NCBI GenBank assembly: GCA_021821785.1
Contig: JAKACD010000001.1
Span: 125,495-189,494, forward strand
DNA length: 64,000 nucleotides
Source of the DNA: Thermoplasmata archaeon
Lineage (GTDB): Archaea > Thermoplasmatota > Thermoplasmata > Lutacidiplasmatales > UBA184
Reading direction: 5' to 3'
In this document: piece by piece, positions 54,248-63,162 of the stretch
Layout of the letters: each line of letters opens with the position of its first letter
Numbering within the stretch: the first letter of the stretch is position 1
Notes under the pieces: model-generated
Databases searched by the model: none
The model's input: the letters and a program-made list of their open reading frames with translations, nothing else
What the model was told of the DNA's origin: nothing
Translations under genes and position numbers: made by a program

Positions 54248-55039
54248 TCAGCGTTTGTCCGCCGGGCGGCCGCTGGGAGAGGGGGCAGGACGGTCGGTCC
54301 GACCGTACGCCCCGGTGGTCACCGGTCGGGCCGGTGGCGGTCCCTTGGACGGCGGAGGTACGGCGGCGAGGATCGGCCGAAGTCGCCGATACACGAGGAG
54401 GGCACCGAAGAGGGCGACGAGCGCCCCTCCGTACGCGGTGGCCTCCCCGGCGATCGTCCCGAGGCCCAAGAGGAAGAAGCCGACCGCCCCGAAGATCGCC
54501 CCCGAGACGGGACCGCCGCCGAGGCGCCCGCTGCCGGGCGCGGCCCGGGTCGAGAGGAGGGCGCCCGCCACCTCGAGCGCGACGACCGCGACGGACTCGA
54601 TCACCACGAGCGCGATCCCGTCCGGGGTCGGATTCGTGGCGCCGAAGTACTGCGTGACGAGCGCGAGCGCCACGATCCCACCGATGGCGGCCCGGTACCC
54701 CAGGGCGTAGAACGGCCCGCTCTCGCTCCCCCCCCAGAACCGGCTGCGGAGCAGCGCCCATTGGGCGACCTCGGTCCCCCCGACCAGCACGCCCAGGAAC
54801 AGGAGCGCGCTCAGGAGCGCGCCATTGGCCATCGAGAGGGCGTAGAGGATGAAGGCGAGCGCGATCGGCACGCCGACGAACAACCCGGCGGTATATCCGA
54901 ACAGTTCGCGCCGCTCATCGAACAGGGTTTCGGGGACCTGGGGAGTCGCATACCGGCCGACCTCCCACCAGACGAATCCTCCCGAGAGGCCGACCCCGAC
55001 CAGGGCGCCGAGCGAGAGCGGCAGGGACGCGAACGCCAT
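54248..55039 (-). CDS. hypothetical polytopic membrane protein
   Basis: 263 aa with about seven TM helices and a Pro-rich C-terminal tail. Its start lies 2 nt after the trmI stop. Confidence 0.6.
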   Translation of the reverse strand: MAFASLPLSLGALVGVGLSGGFVWWEVGRYATPQVPETLFDERRELFGYTAGLFVGVPIALAFILYALSMANGALLSALLFLGVLVGGTEVAQWALLRSRFWGGSESGPFYALGYRAAIGGIVALALVTQYFGATNPTPDGIALVVIESVAVVALEVAGALLSTRAAPGSGRLGGGPVSGAIFGAVGFFLLGLGTIAGEATAYGGALVALFGALLVYRRLRPILAAVPPPSKGPPPARPVTTGAYGRTDRPAPSPSGRPADKR

Positions 55040-55041
55040 CG

Positions 55042-55821
55042 TCAGTCGATCTTCCGGCCCGTCGCCAGGAAGCCGGTGTGGCCCAGCATCTCGAACTCGG
55101 GTCGGGTGCCCCCTTCACCGACATGGAGCGCCCGTTCCAGGACCTCGACCGCCCGCACCTCGTCGAAGCCGACCGACCGGAACTCGCGCACGGTCCGTTC
55201 GAGCTGGTTGTACGTGGGGGAGAACGTCGCCGCATACCCCCCGGTCACGAGGGAGCCGAGGGCCGAGCGCAGGACCGCCCACGGCTCGGGCAGGTCGAGG
55301 ACCACGCTCGTGAGCTCCGCCTCGTCGAATCCGTCCCGAACGACGTCCCGGGTTCGGAACGAGACCCGGTCGGCGAAGCCGGCGCGCCGGACGTTCGCCT
55401 GGGCCGTTTCGAGGAAGTCCGAACGGCGATCGTAGGTGAAGATCCGACCCGTCGGGCCGACCGCGTGCGCCAGCACGAGGGTCAGGGCGCCGCTCCCGGC
55501 CCCGGCCTCCGCCACGCGGGCCCCCGGACCCACGCCGGCGAGGTAGAGCAGCTCCACGGCATCCTTCGGGGTGACGATCTGTGCTCCCCGGCGGATCGTA
55601 GCGAGCAGGTCGGCGAGCGAGGGGCGCAGGGCCCGGTAGGCGACGTCGAGCCAGACCACCGTCCCGCCGGGCGCCTGTCCGATCTGCGGGCTCAGGTCAA
55701 GCACCCCGTAATCCCCGACCTTCTGGGGGCCGGCGGCGAGCCGAACGAGGATTGGCGGTACGCCTCGGCGCCGAAGCGCCACGGTGTCGCCTTCCTTCCA
55801 GACATCGGCCAAAGGCCCCAC
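55042..55821 (-). CDS. trmI: tRNA (adenine-N1)-methyltransferase TrmI (Gcd14/Trm61 family)
   Basis: The start was trimmed to the GTG at 55821, because the longer ORF would run through the tRNA gene. Contains RVAEAGAGSGALTLVLA and VVLDLPEPW. A TATA-like TTAATA box (55849-55854, minus strand) lies 28-33 nt upstream. Confidence 0.88.
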   Translation of the reverse strand: MGPLADVWKEGDTVALRRRGVPPILVRLAAGPQKVGDYGVLDLSPQIGQAPGGTVVWLDVAYRALRPSLADLLATIRRGAQIVTPKDAVELLYLAGVGPGARVAEAGAGSGALTLVLAHAVGPTGRIFTYDRRSDFLETAQANVRRAGFADRVSFRTRDVVRDGFDEAELTSVVLDLPEPWAVLRSALGSLVTGGYAATFSPTYNQLERTVREFRSVGFDEVRAVEVLERALHVGEGGTRPEFEMLGHTGFLATGRKID

Positions 55822-55997
55822 CGTGCTCGGACTAGGGGGTCGCCGTGCTATTAACGCCGTGGGCCCACCGGACGCTCTCGGGCGATCGGGTCGAACGGGC
55901 CGCGCCCGACGCGCAGGAGGGACCGATCGCCGCGGGAGGCGGGGGCCGCTTCCCGCCGAAGGGCGCCGGGCGCCCGGCGCGTTCCGCGGGCGAGCCT

Positions 55998-56005
55998 TTA
56001 GATAG
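55998..56005 (+). promoter_or_regulatory. TATA box for tRNA-Gly
   Basis: TTTAGATA lies 24-31 nt upstream of the mature tRNA 5' end. Confidence 0.5.
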
Positions 56006-56028
56006 CGTGGGCAATGGCCCCCGGGCGC

Positions 56029-56102
56029 GCGGGCATAGTGTAGTCTGGTTATCACATAGGCTTGCCAAGCCTATAACCCGGGTTCAAATCCCGGTGCCCG
56101 CA
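56029..56102 (+). tRNA. tRNA-Gly (anticodon GCC), CCA not encoded
   Basis: I folded it by hand. Acceptor GCGGGCA/TGCCCGC. Anticodon stem TAGGC/GCCTA with loop TTGCCAA. T arm CCGGG-TTCAAAT-CCCGG. Discriminator A. Confidence 0.92.
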
Positions 56103-56104
56103 CC

Positions 56105-56113
56105 TTCTCTTTT
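56105..56113 (+). terminator. pyrimidine/oligo-T tract after the tRNA
   Basis: TTCTCTTTT lies immediately 3' of the tRNA. This fits archaeal oligo-T termination. Confidence 0.4.
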
Positions 56114-56145
56114 CGGTCCGGTTCGGGCGCCCGAGCGCTCGTACC

Positions 56146-57684
56146 TTGGGCCGCCCCGCGGGGTGGGGTCGTCAGGGCCATAGCCCTGCCGGTCATGGCC
56201 CCAGGGTGCCCGGCGCGGTCGCCTCGAACCACCCTCTGAGCACCGCGGCCGGCGAATCGATACTGGCGAGAGGGGGGAACGCCTACGATGCCCTCATCGC
56301 CACCAGCGCGGCGCTCACCGTCGTCCAGCCCCACACGAACGGCCTCGGCTCTGACTTCTTCGCCGTCGTGCACGACGGGGCGGTCCGCACGGTGAACGGA
56401 AGCGGCCCGGCCGCGGCGGCGGCCAGCATCGACCGCCTGCGCGAGCTCGGCCACACCCGCATGCCCGAGTCGGGTCCGCTCTCGTGCCTGACCGTGCCGG
56501 GTCTCGTGGGTTCGTGGACCCTCCTCGCGGAACGGACGAGCCTGCCGTTCCGGGACCTCCTGGCCCCGGCAATCCGGCTCGCGGAAGAGGGGTTCCCCGC
56601 CACCGAGAGCCTCGCCCGGTCGTGCCAGACGACGGCCGCACGGGCGGATGCCGACTGGCACCGGATCTACGGGGGCGTGCGTTCGGGCGGGATCCTCCGT
56701 CAGCCCGACCTGGGCCGCACGCTGACCCGCCTCCAAGAGGACCGGGGCCACGCATTCTACCACGGGGCCGTCGCGCGCGAGATCGCGGCGGATGCGCAGC
56801 GCAAGGGGGGGCTCCTTGCATTCCCGGACCTCGACGCCTACCGGGCCGAATGGCGCGACCCGCTCTCGATCCGGTACCGGGGGCACGAGGTCTTCACCAC
56901 CCCGCCGAACAGCCAGGGTGCGACGGCGCTCCTTTGGTTGAACCTGCTCGCCCGGCACGACCTCGCGGCGGCCTCGGAGGCCGAGTTCCTCGATCATCTG
57001 CTCCGGACCCTGCCGATCGCGTACTCCTACCGGGCCCGGTACATCGGCGACCCGGCCCGCGTCGGCTTTCCCCCCGAGCTGCTCGAACCCGACTACGCGT
57101 ATGCAGCGGAGGCACCGCCGCCGGTCGGCACCGATGCGCAGGGCGACACGACGGCGTTCTCCGTGACCGACGGCACGATCGGCATCAGCGCGATCCAGAG
57201 CAACTACATGGGGTTCGGGAGCGGCCAAACGGTCGCCGGGACCGGGATCAACCTCCACAATCGGGCCTCCTACTTCACGCTCGATCCGCACCATCACAAT
57301 GCGCTCGCGCCGGGGGCGCGGACGTTCCACACCCTGATGGCCCTCTACGTTCGCCGACCGGACGCCGAGCTCTTCCTCAGCACGATGGGAGCGGACGTGC
57401 AGCCGCAGACGAACGTGCAGATCCTGACCCGCGTGCTCGACCGGGGGCTCGGGATTCGTGCGGCGATCGAAGCGCCCCGCTTCGCGCTGCCAGCCTCGAT
57501 CTATCGATCGGCCGAGCTCTTCGTCGAAGACGGGCTCTCGATCCCCGGCGCCCGCCGGCTGGGCGCGGAGCGGTCGCTGGTCGGCCATGCCCAGGGGATC
57601 CTCTCGACCGACCACCTCGAGGTCGGGATCGACCCGCGGGGCGACGGACGGGTGGACGCGTCGGGACGGGCCCCGGCGTTCTGA
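56146..57684 (+). CDS. ggt: gamma-glutamyltransferase family protein
   Basis: Contains VASNHPLSTAAGESILARGGNAYDA and the autoprocessing/nucleophile context GDTTAFSVTDG. Start is the TTG at 56146 or, more plausibly, the GTG at 56206. Confidence 0.88.
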   Translation: MGRPAGWGRQGHSPAGHGPRVPGAVASNHPLSTAAGESILARGGNAYDALIATSAALTVVQPHTNGLGSDFFAVVHDGAVRTVNGSGPAAAAASIDRLRELGHTRMPESGPLSCLTVPGLVGSWTLLAERTSLPFRDLLAPAIRLAEEGFPATESLARSCQTTAARADADWHRIYGGVRSGGILRQPDLGRTLTRLQEDRGHAFYHGAVAREIAADAQRKGGLLAFPDLDAYRAEWRDPLSIRYRGHEVFTTPPNSQGATALLWLNLLARHDLAAASEAEFLDHLLRTLPIAYSYRARYIGDPARVGFPPELLEPDYAYAAEAPPPVGTDAQGDTTAFSVTDGTIGISAIQSNYMGFGSGQTVAGTGINLHNRASYFTLDPHHHNALAPGARTFHTLMALYVRRPDAELFLSTMGADVQPQTNVQILTRVLDRGLGIRAAIEAPRFALPASIYRSAELFVEDGLSIPGARRLGAERSLVGHAQGILSTDHLEVGIDPRGDGRVDASGRAPAF

Positions 57685-57745
57685 ACCGGCGGCCGAGAGT
57701 GGGTAGCCCGACATCCTGGACACACACCCTAACATTTTAACAGTG

Positions 57746-57764
57746 TGTTACAAATCTGTAAACA
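57746..57764 (+). promoter_or_regulatory. AT-rich island with TGTTACA-aatc-TGTAAACA inverted repeat
   Basis: Seen directly. It lies between the ggt stop (57682-57684) and the hydrolase ATG (57839). An ACACAC/GTGTGT hairpin sits just upstream (57720-57748). Confidence 0.3.
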
Positions 57765-57838
57765 CCTTCCATGACCTCCGGTCGGCTTCCCGGTCCCGGG
57801 TCGTGAGGCTTTTGGGTCGGAAGCGCTAGCTCCTGAGG

Positions 57839-58711
57839 ATGGCAAGCGTTCGCACGGTAACGGTTCCGGGAGGCCGGTCCTTCGAGTACGTAGCTCAGGG
57901 GAAGGGTCCCGCCACGCTGCTCGTCCACCCGGGCGGACCGGGCCTCACCTACCACTACCTCCGAGGACTGCTCAAGCTCGCCCACGCGAACCTCCAGGTG
58001 GTCCTGTTCAATCCGCGGGGCGTCGGACGGAGCTGGGGACCCAAGAACGCGTCGGAGTACACGATATCGAACATGGCCGAGGACGTCGAGGCAATCCGAC
58101 GCGCGCTCAAAATCCGGGAGCTCCATCTGCTGGGCTACTCGGCGGGCGGGTTCGTCGCGCTCGAGTACGCGCACCGCCACGAGGCCCGCCTCACCTCGCT
58201 GCTCCTCTGCGCCACGGCCGGGAGCGCCGAGGAGGTCCGCGTGGCGAACCGGATGATGGTCTCGGCCGCCTCCCCCCGGCAGCGCGCTCGGCTGCGCGAG
58301 CTGACCCGGGCCAAGGCCTTCGACACGCCGGAGTACCAGAAGCTCACCGCGGAGATCACCCGCCCGTTCTCGACGCGGTTCCTGAACGAGACCCCACGCG
58401 ACTGGTCGGCGACCAAGTCGAGCCCGAAGGTCTACCACGCGATGATGACCCGCACCGGCGACGAGTTCACGGTCGATGGGACGATCGCCGCGTGGGACGG
58501 CCGCAAGTACTACTCGAAGATCGAAGTCCCGAGCGCGGTCGTGGTCGGCAAGTACGACTTCTTCCTCGAGCCGTCGATGGAGATGGCGGAGCGGATCGAG
58601 CCCGCCCACCTCCGGGTGCTGCCCCACAGCAGCCACATGGAGATCCTCGAGCAGCCGCGGGAGTTCCTCGGCACCGTGCGCGAGTTCCTCCAGGACGTGA
58701 CCGGCGGCTAG
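57839..58711 (+). CDS. alpha/beta hydrolase (proline iminopeptidase-like)
   Basis: 290 aa. Contains LLVHPGGPG, the nucleophile elbow GYSAGG, and a C-terminal PHSSHM catalytic His context. Confidence 0.85.
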   Translation: MASVRTVTVPGGRSFEYVAQGKGPATLLVHPGGPGLTYHYLRGLLKLAHANLQVVLFNPRGVGRSWGPKNASEYTISNMAEDVEAIRRALKIRELHLLGYSAGGFVALEYAHRHEARLTSLLLCATAGSAEEVRVANRMMVSAASPRQRARLRELTRAKAFDTPEYQKLTAEITRPFSTRFLNETPRDWSATKSSPKVYHAMMTRTGDEFTVDGTIAAWDGRKYYSKIEVPSAVVVGKYDFFLEPSMEMAERIEPAHLRVLPHSSHMEILEQPREFLGTVREFLQDVTGG

Positions 58712-58772
58712 CGCGCGCAACGACCCGACCCGATAGGCGTAAAGAGGTTCGACGCGCTCGTTCCCCCGTAGC

Positions 58773-59498
58773 ATGCCCGACGCGCACCCGAAGGGAACCG
58801 GGGCCCGAAGCGACGGCGAACCGGTCGAGACGGTCCGGCTGCGCCTCACTTTGGAGGCGCGGAAGGCGCTCACCGCCGCGCTGGCGGGCCACCCCGCCGG
58901 CTCGGGCGTGCGCATCTGGGTCGAACGCGGCATGCGGCCCCACGCGCAGATGATGATCGACCGACCGTCGCCCCGCGACCGGCCGCTCGAGATCGAGGGG
59001 ATCCGCCTGCTGCTCGACGAGAGCAGCCTACGGTTCCTGCGGGACGCCGAGGTGCGCTATCGCACCGACCAGAATCCTCCCGGCTTCGAGGTCGTCGGGC
59101 CGTTCCTGCCGTCCCCGCTGTCGCCCCCCGCCGCCGCAGCCCCCCCTTCGGCCCCGTCGGCGCCTCCCCCCGGCGCCTCCCGGAGCCCGGGCCACGAGGC
59201 GACCGAAGCGCGGATCCGGGAGGCGCTCAAGAACGTCTATGACCCCGAGATCCCGCTCAACGTCGTCGACCTCGGCCTCATCTACGGGATGGAGTGGGGC
59301 CCGACCGGCGAGCTCACGATTCGGATGACGCTGACGAGCCCGGGCTGCCCTGCGGTCGAGGCGTTCGCCGAGGAGGTGACCCGGACCGCGCGCGAAGCCT
59401 CGGGTCTCGGCGCCGTCAAGGTCGAGATCGTGTGGGAGCCGCCGTGGGGTCCGGACCGCATGAGCGACTTCGCTCGCCGACAGTTCGGGTACGCCTGA
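58773..59498 (+). CDS. fusion protein: Cys-less HesB/IscA-like domain, Pro/Ala linker, DUF59 (SufT/MIP18) domain
   Basis: The N-terminal half is VRIWVERGMRPHAQMMIDR...IEGIRLLLDESSLRFLRDAEVRY, an A-type fold that lacks the cluster Cys residues. The C-terminal half is VYDPEIPLNVVDLGLIY...TLTSPGCP. Confidence 0.75.
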   Translation: MPDAHPKGTGARSDGEPVETVRLRLTLEARKALTAALAGHPAGSGVRIWVERGMRPHAQMMIDRPSPRDRPLEIEGIRLLLDESSLRFLRDAEVRYRTDQNPPGFEVVGPFLPSPLSPPAAAAPPSAPSAPPPGASRSPGHEATEARIREALKNVYDPEIPLNVVDLGLIYGMEWGPTGELTIRMTLTSPGCPAVEAFAEEVTRTAREASGLGAVKVEIVWEPPWGPDRMSDFARRQFGYA

Positions 59499-59563
59499 CG
59501 GGCGGTCCCCCCCGGACCGCACCTCTAACTATTTCCGCGCCGCGCGGGCTCGTATACGCACCC

Positions 59564-60259
59564 ATGTCTCCCTCGCAGGTCGATCGCCCGCGTCCCGGGC
59601 GCGGCCGCTCCCGGACCTGCCCGCAGGAGACGGTGCGGGACGGGTTCAACCGGGTCTCGACGATCTACCGGCGGGACGACGCCGGAGCGGATGCCTTCGG
59701 GCACACGCAGCGCGATCATGAGACGTGGCTCCGCCCGTTCTTCCGCTCGGTGCCGGCGGGCGCCGAGGTGCTCGACCTCGGCTGCGGGTGCGGGGTCCCG
59801 GACGCGCGTCGGCTCTCCGGACGGTTCCGGGTCACGGGGATCGACATCTCGGACGTGCAGATCGAGCGGGCCCGTCGCCTCGTGCCGAACGCCCGGTTCC
59901 TACGGGCGGACATGACCGCCGTCCGGTTCCGCTCCGAAACGTTCGGTGGCGTGCTCTGCCTGTACGCCCTGATCCATGTCCCCCTCGATGCCCACCGCCC
60001 GCTCCTCGCGAAGGTCCACCGCTGGCTGCGCCCCGGGGGCATCTTCCTCGTGGTCACCGGGCAGGAAGCGTATACCGGCACCGAGGCGAACTGGCTCGGC
60101 TCGAACGCGACGATGTACTGGAGCCACGCCGACGCCCGCACCTACGAGCGCTGGCTCGAGGAGACGGGGTTCGAGGTCCTCCACCAGACCCGGATCCCGG
60201 AGCCGGGCGCCGAACACGCGCTCTTCCTCGCACGGCGACCCGAGACCCCGCCTTCGTGA
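59564..60259 (+). CDS. class I SAM-dependent methyltransferase
   Basis: The start was trimmed to the ATG at 59564. SAM motif I is VLDLGCGCG. Also contains LRPGGIFLV. Confidence 0.85.
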   Translation: MSPSQVDRPRPGRGRSRTCPQETVRDGFNRVSTIYRRDDAGADAFGHTQRDHETWLRPFFRSVPAGAEVLDLGCGCGVPDARRLSGRFRVTGIDISDVQIERARRLVPNARFLRADMTAVRFRSETFGGVLCLYALIHVPLDAHRPLLAKVHRWLRPGGIFLVVTGQEAYTGTEANWLGSNATMYWSHADARTYERWLEETGFEVLHQTRIPEPGAEHALFLARRPETPPS

Positions 60260-60322
60260 GCCGGGCGGCCGTTTCACGACCTCGCCAACGCCGAGAAGTC
60301 TCGCCCGGCGAACGAACGGGGC

Positions 60323-60580
60323 ACGTCCGCGTTCCAGGTTCGCATCTTCCGGACGCCCACCGGCTACCTCGCCTGGGTCGATGGGCTCGGGACCGTGGAG
60401 GGCCGGACCCTCGCCGAGACCCGCAGGGCGGCGCGACGGTTCCTCCTCGCCGTGCTCTCCGGCGCCTTCCCCGACCGGCCCCCCATCGAGCCGGCCGGCG
60501 CCCGGGAGGTGCTCGCGTTCGCCGTCCACGTTCGGCGTCAGGCGTCGCGGCGGCCGCCCCGGCTCAGGGACGCAGCGTGA
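60323..60580 (+). CDS. possible HicB/UPF0150-like small protein (no canonical start before residue 25)
   Basis: In-frame translation gives SAFQVRIFRTPTGYLAWVDGLGTVEGRTLAETRRAARRFLLAVLSG. The first ATG/GTG/TTG is the GTG at 60395, in the middle of the fold. This is a weak call. Confidence 0.3.
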   Translation, partial: TSAFQVRIFRTPTGYLAWVDGLGTVEGRTLAETRRAARRFLLAVLSGAFPDRPPIEPAGAREVLAFAVHVRRQASRRPPRLRDAA

Positions 60581-60707
60581 GCTTCGGCACCTTGAGCTGC
60601 CAGTCCCAGTAATGGGCCTCGGGGAAGCCGCACCAGCGGACCCGGATCTCCCGGTCCTCGTAGTGCGCGACCGGTCTTCCGCACTTCGGACACTGCTCGA
60701 CCGCCAT
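60564..60707 (-). CDS. possible 47-aa Cys-containing mini-protein
   Basis: Translates to MAVEQCPKCGRPVAHYEDREIRVRWCGFPEAHYWDWQLKVPKLTLRP, with a CPKC knuckle plus WCG. It has an ATG start, no clear promoter, and is absent from the ORF track. Confidence 0.25.
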   Translation of the reverse strand: MAVEQCPKCGRPVAHYEDREIRVRWCGFPEAHYWDWQLKVPKLTLRP

Positions 60708-60810
60708 CGGCTGCCCCGGCCCCTAGAAGGTCGAGGGCGTCCGTTCCGATAGGGTTGTCGCCCGAGGCCCGGGCCGCTCCCGGGAGTCCCGATTCCGAGA
60801 GCGGGGAGTG

Positions 60811-62052
60811 CTACTTTCCGATCCCGGAGTTCGCGGCGGAAACGAGAGCGCCGACCGGGGACCCCGAGGGTGCCGGACGAATTCGTCGCGCGCCCCGCCG
60901 AAACAAGAAGGAGGCGACGAGCGTCGTCAGGAGCGACATCAGGAGGATCTCCCCGAGCTGGGTCTGCGAAAGCACCCCGCTCGTGATCCCGATCGCTCCG
61001 ACGATGAGGCCGATCTCCCCGAGCGGTACGGTGCCGAGCGCCACCGTCCTCGCGGTGGCCGGGTCGAAGCGGCGCCGGGCGAGCGGATAGACGCCCGCGA
61101 ACTTCCCGAGGGCGGCGATCCCGGCCAGCACGAGCGCGAGGACGACCACCCCCGGCTGGAAGAGGATGTGGAAATCGAACTGGGCGCCGGTCACGACGAA
61201 GAACAACGAGCCGAACAGGAGGAGCAGGACCTCGGTGAGCTCCCGGGTACGGCTCGCGACCAGGCTCTCGGCGATCGCGATCCCCGCGATGTACGCGCCG
61301 ATGATCGCGGAGAACCCGAGGGAGACCACGATCACGATGATCACGAACAGGAAGAGGAACGGCATCCCCCGGGTCTCCCGCAGTCGGCGGATGCGGAGCA
61401 GGCGCGGGAGGATGAGGACGGCCGCGAGGAGCAGGATGATCCACGCCGCGACGAGCTCGAGGACCCCGCCCGTGACGGCCAGCACCCCGGCCTGACCGCC
61501 CACGATGGTGAGCGCGACCGAGAGGAACAGGAGCGCGACCACGTCGTCGAGCGCCGAGACGTTCATCATGAAGTGGCCGGGGTCGCTGCCGCGCAGATCC
61601 TCGCTCTGCAGCAGCGAGGCGACGACCGCCGAGCTCGTCCCCGACGCCGCGACCCCCAGGAGGAGGGCCACGCTCAGCGAGTAGAACTGGGAGAAGAGCG
61701 CGAACACCGCGAGAAAGGGCACGAGGTCGCCGGCGAGCGCGGCCGCGAGCGCGCCCACCCCCGCGCTCCGAAGGCCGGCGAACCCACCCGCGAGCCCCGC
61801 CGCGAACAGGAGGAGGATCACCGAGAAGTCGGCGAACAATAACAGGTAATCGTTGACGACGAAGATCGGCGCGCCGAACAGCGCGTTGAGGATCCCCCCG
61901 AGCGCGAAGCCGCTCAGGAGGATGCCGAGGAGCACGTCGGAGACGAGGTTCGGCAGCCCGACCTTGGAGGTGAAGGAGTGGAGCAGCTCCGCCACCGCGA
62001 GGAAGATGAACACCTCGAGGAGCGCGTAGTAGCTCAACGGTACGAGCGCCAT
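60811..62052 (-). CDS. cation:proton antiporter (CPA2 / Na+/H+ exchanger family)
   Basis: The start was trimmed to the ATG at 62052 (MALVPLSYYALLEVFIFLAV). It has 12-13 TM helices. The TATA box TTTTATA (62075-62081, minus strand) lies 23-29 nt upstream. Confidence 0.88.
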   Translation of the reverse strand: MALVPLSYYALLEVFIFLAVAELLHSFTSKVGLPNLVSDVLLGILLSGFALGGILNALFGAPIFVVNDYLLLFADFSVILLLFAAGLAGGFAGLRSAGVGALAAALAGDLVPFLAVFALFSQFYSLSVALLLGVAASGTSSAVVASLLQSEDLRGSDPGHFMMNVSALDDVVALLFLSVALTIVGGQAGVLAVTGGVLELVAAWIILLLAAVLILPRLLRIRRLRETRGMPFLFLFVIIVIVVSLGFSAIIGAYIAGIAIAESLVASRTRELTEVLLLLFGSLFFVVTGAQFDFHILFQPGVVVLALVLAGIAALGKFAGVYPLARRRFDPATARTVALGTVPLGEIGLIVGAIGITSGVLSQTQLGEILLMSLLTTLVASFLFRRGARRIRPAPSGSPVGALVSAANSGIGK

Positions 62053-62103
62053 CGCCGCGCGCACCGCCGCGCGCTATAAAACGGGGGCCGCGCCGCTGCC
62101 GAC

Positions 62104-63162
62104 CTATCGGCCCTGATCGACCCCGAACCAGCGGCGGAAGCGCGCCGTGTTGGCGACGGTACCGAGGAGGATCACCGCGTCCCCGGCCCGGAGCGCGATG
62201 TCGGCCGACGGATTGATCGACGTCTCGAACTCCCCGTTCTTCCCGGGCCGCGCGTACCCGATCAATAGGCAGCCGGTCCGCTCGCGGACCTCGGCGGCGG
62301 CAGCGTCGAAGGCGAGCGAGACGAGCGGCGACCGCTCGGAAAGGAGGTACTCCTGGATGTCGGAGCGGACGTCCCCGGCGCTCAGGTCCTCGAGCGCGAC
62401 CGCGACGTCCGGCTCGAACGCGGCGCTCGCGCAGAGGCGGCCGCCCATGTCCGAGGGGCTCGCGACGTACGTGACGCCCGCGGACCGCAGCGTGTCCCGC
62501 AGCTCGGGCCGCTGGACCGAGACGACCACCCGCACCGAAGGAGCGAGCGCGCGGACGTTGAGCGCGGCGATCATGTTGGTGGCGTCGTCGCTCGTGCACA
62601 CGATGACGCTGTGGGCGGCCGGCACGTTCGCCCGCTCGAGGATGTCCCGGTCCGCGGCGGCCCCGTAGGTGGCGTAGAGTCGGCCCTCGGGCGCGAGCGC
62701 GCGGATGTTCGGGACCTCCTCCGCCGACTCCGCGATGACCGCGACCCGCTGCTCCTGCGCGAGGAGCTCGCGGACGGCGGCCCGGCCGACGGAGGTGTAC
62801 CCCAGGACGACGATGTGCCCCTCGAGGTCGGTCCCGAGCAGGCCGAGCGACCGCTTCTGCTGCTCGCTGGTCACGGCCGTGGCGATCACGGTGATCAGGT
62901 ACCCCAACAGGAAGATCTGGATAAACAGGGTGGCCATCGCGTCGACCTTCGCGAAGGTGTTCGTCGGCACGATGTCCCCGTAGCCGGCGGTCGAGATGGT
63001 GACGATCGCCCAGTAGAAGGAGTTGAACAGCGTGATCCCGCTCGATCGCTCGAGCTCGTAGAAGATCAACGAGGTTGCCACGTAGACGGCCGCGAACACC
63101 GACAGGAACGGCGCGATGCGCCGCAGGAGGTCCGAGTAGTACCGCCGCCGCAGCCCCGCCAC
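62104..63162 (-). CDS. RCK/TrkA-domain potassium channel (MthK-like)
   Basis: The selectivity filter is [12 protein letters not shown]. The RCK N domain is [19 protein letters not shown], followed by a C-terminal TrkA-C-like domain. Confidence 0.9.
   Translation of the reverse strand: MAGLRRRYYSDLLRRIAPFLSVFAAVYVATSLIFYELERSSGITLFNSFYWAIVTISTAGYGDIVPTNTFAKVDAMATLFIQIFLLGYLITVIATAVTSEQQKRSLGLLGTDLEGHIVVLGYTSVGRAAVRELLAQEQRVAVIAESAEEVPNIRALAPEGRLYATYGAAADRDILERANVPAAHSVIVCTSDDATNMIAALNVRALAPSVRVVVSVQRPELRDTLRSAGVTYVASPSDMGGRLCASAAFEPDVAVALEDLSAGDVRSDIQEYLLSERSPLVSLAFDAAAAEVRERTGCLLIGYARPGKNGEFETSINPSADIALRAGDAVILLGTVANTARFRRWFGVDQGR

Noticed and set aside
57771-57806. An 11-codon mini-ORF (MTSGRLPGPGS) in the AT-rich island upstream of the hydrolase gene.
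   Set aside because: It is too short and unremarkable to support. It could be a leader peptide, but there is no evidence.
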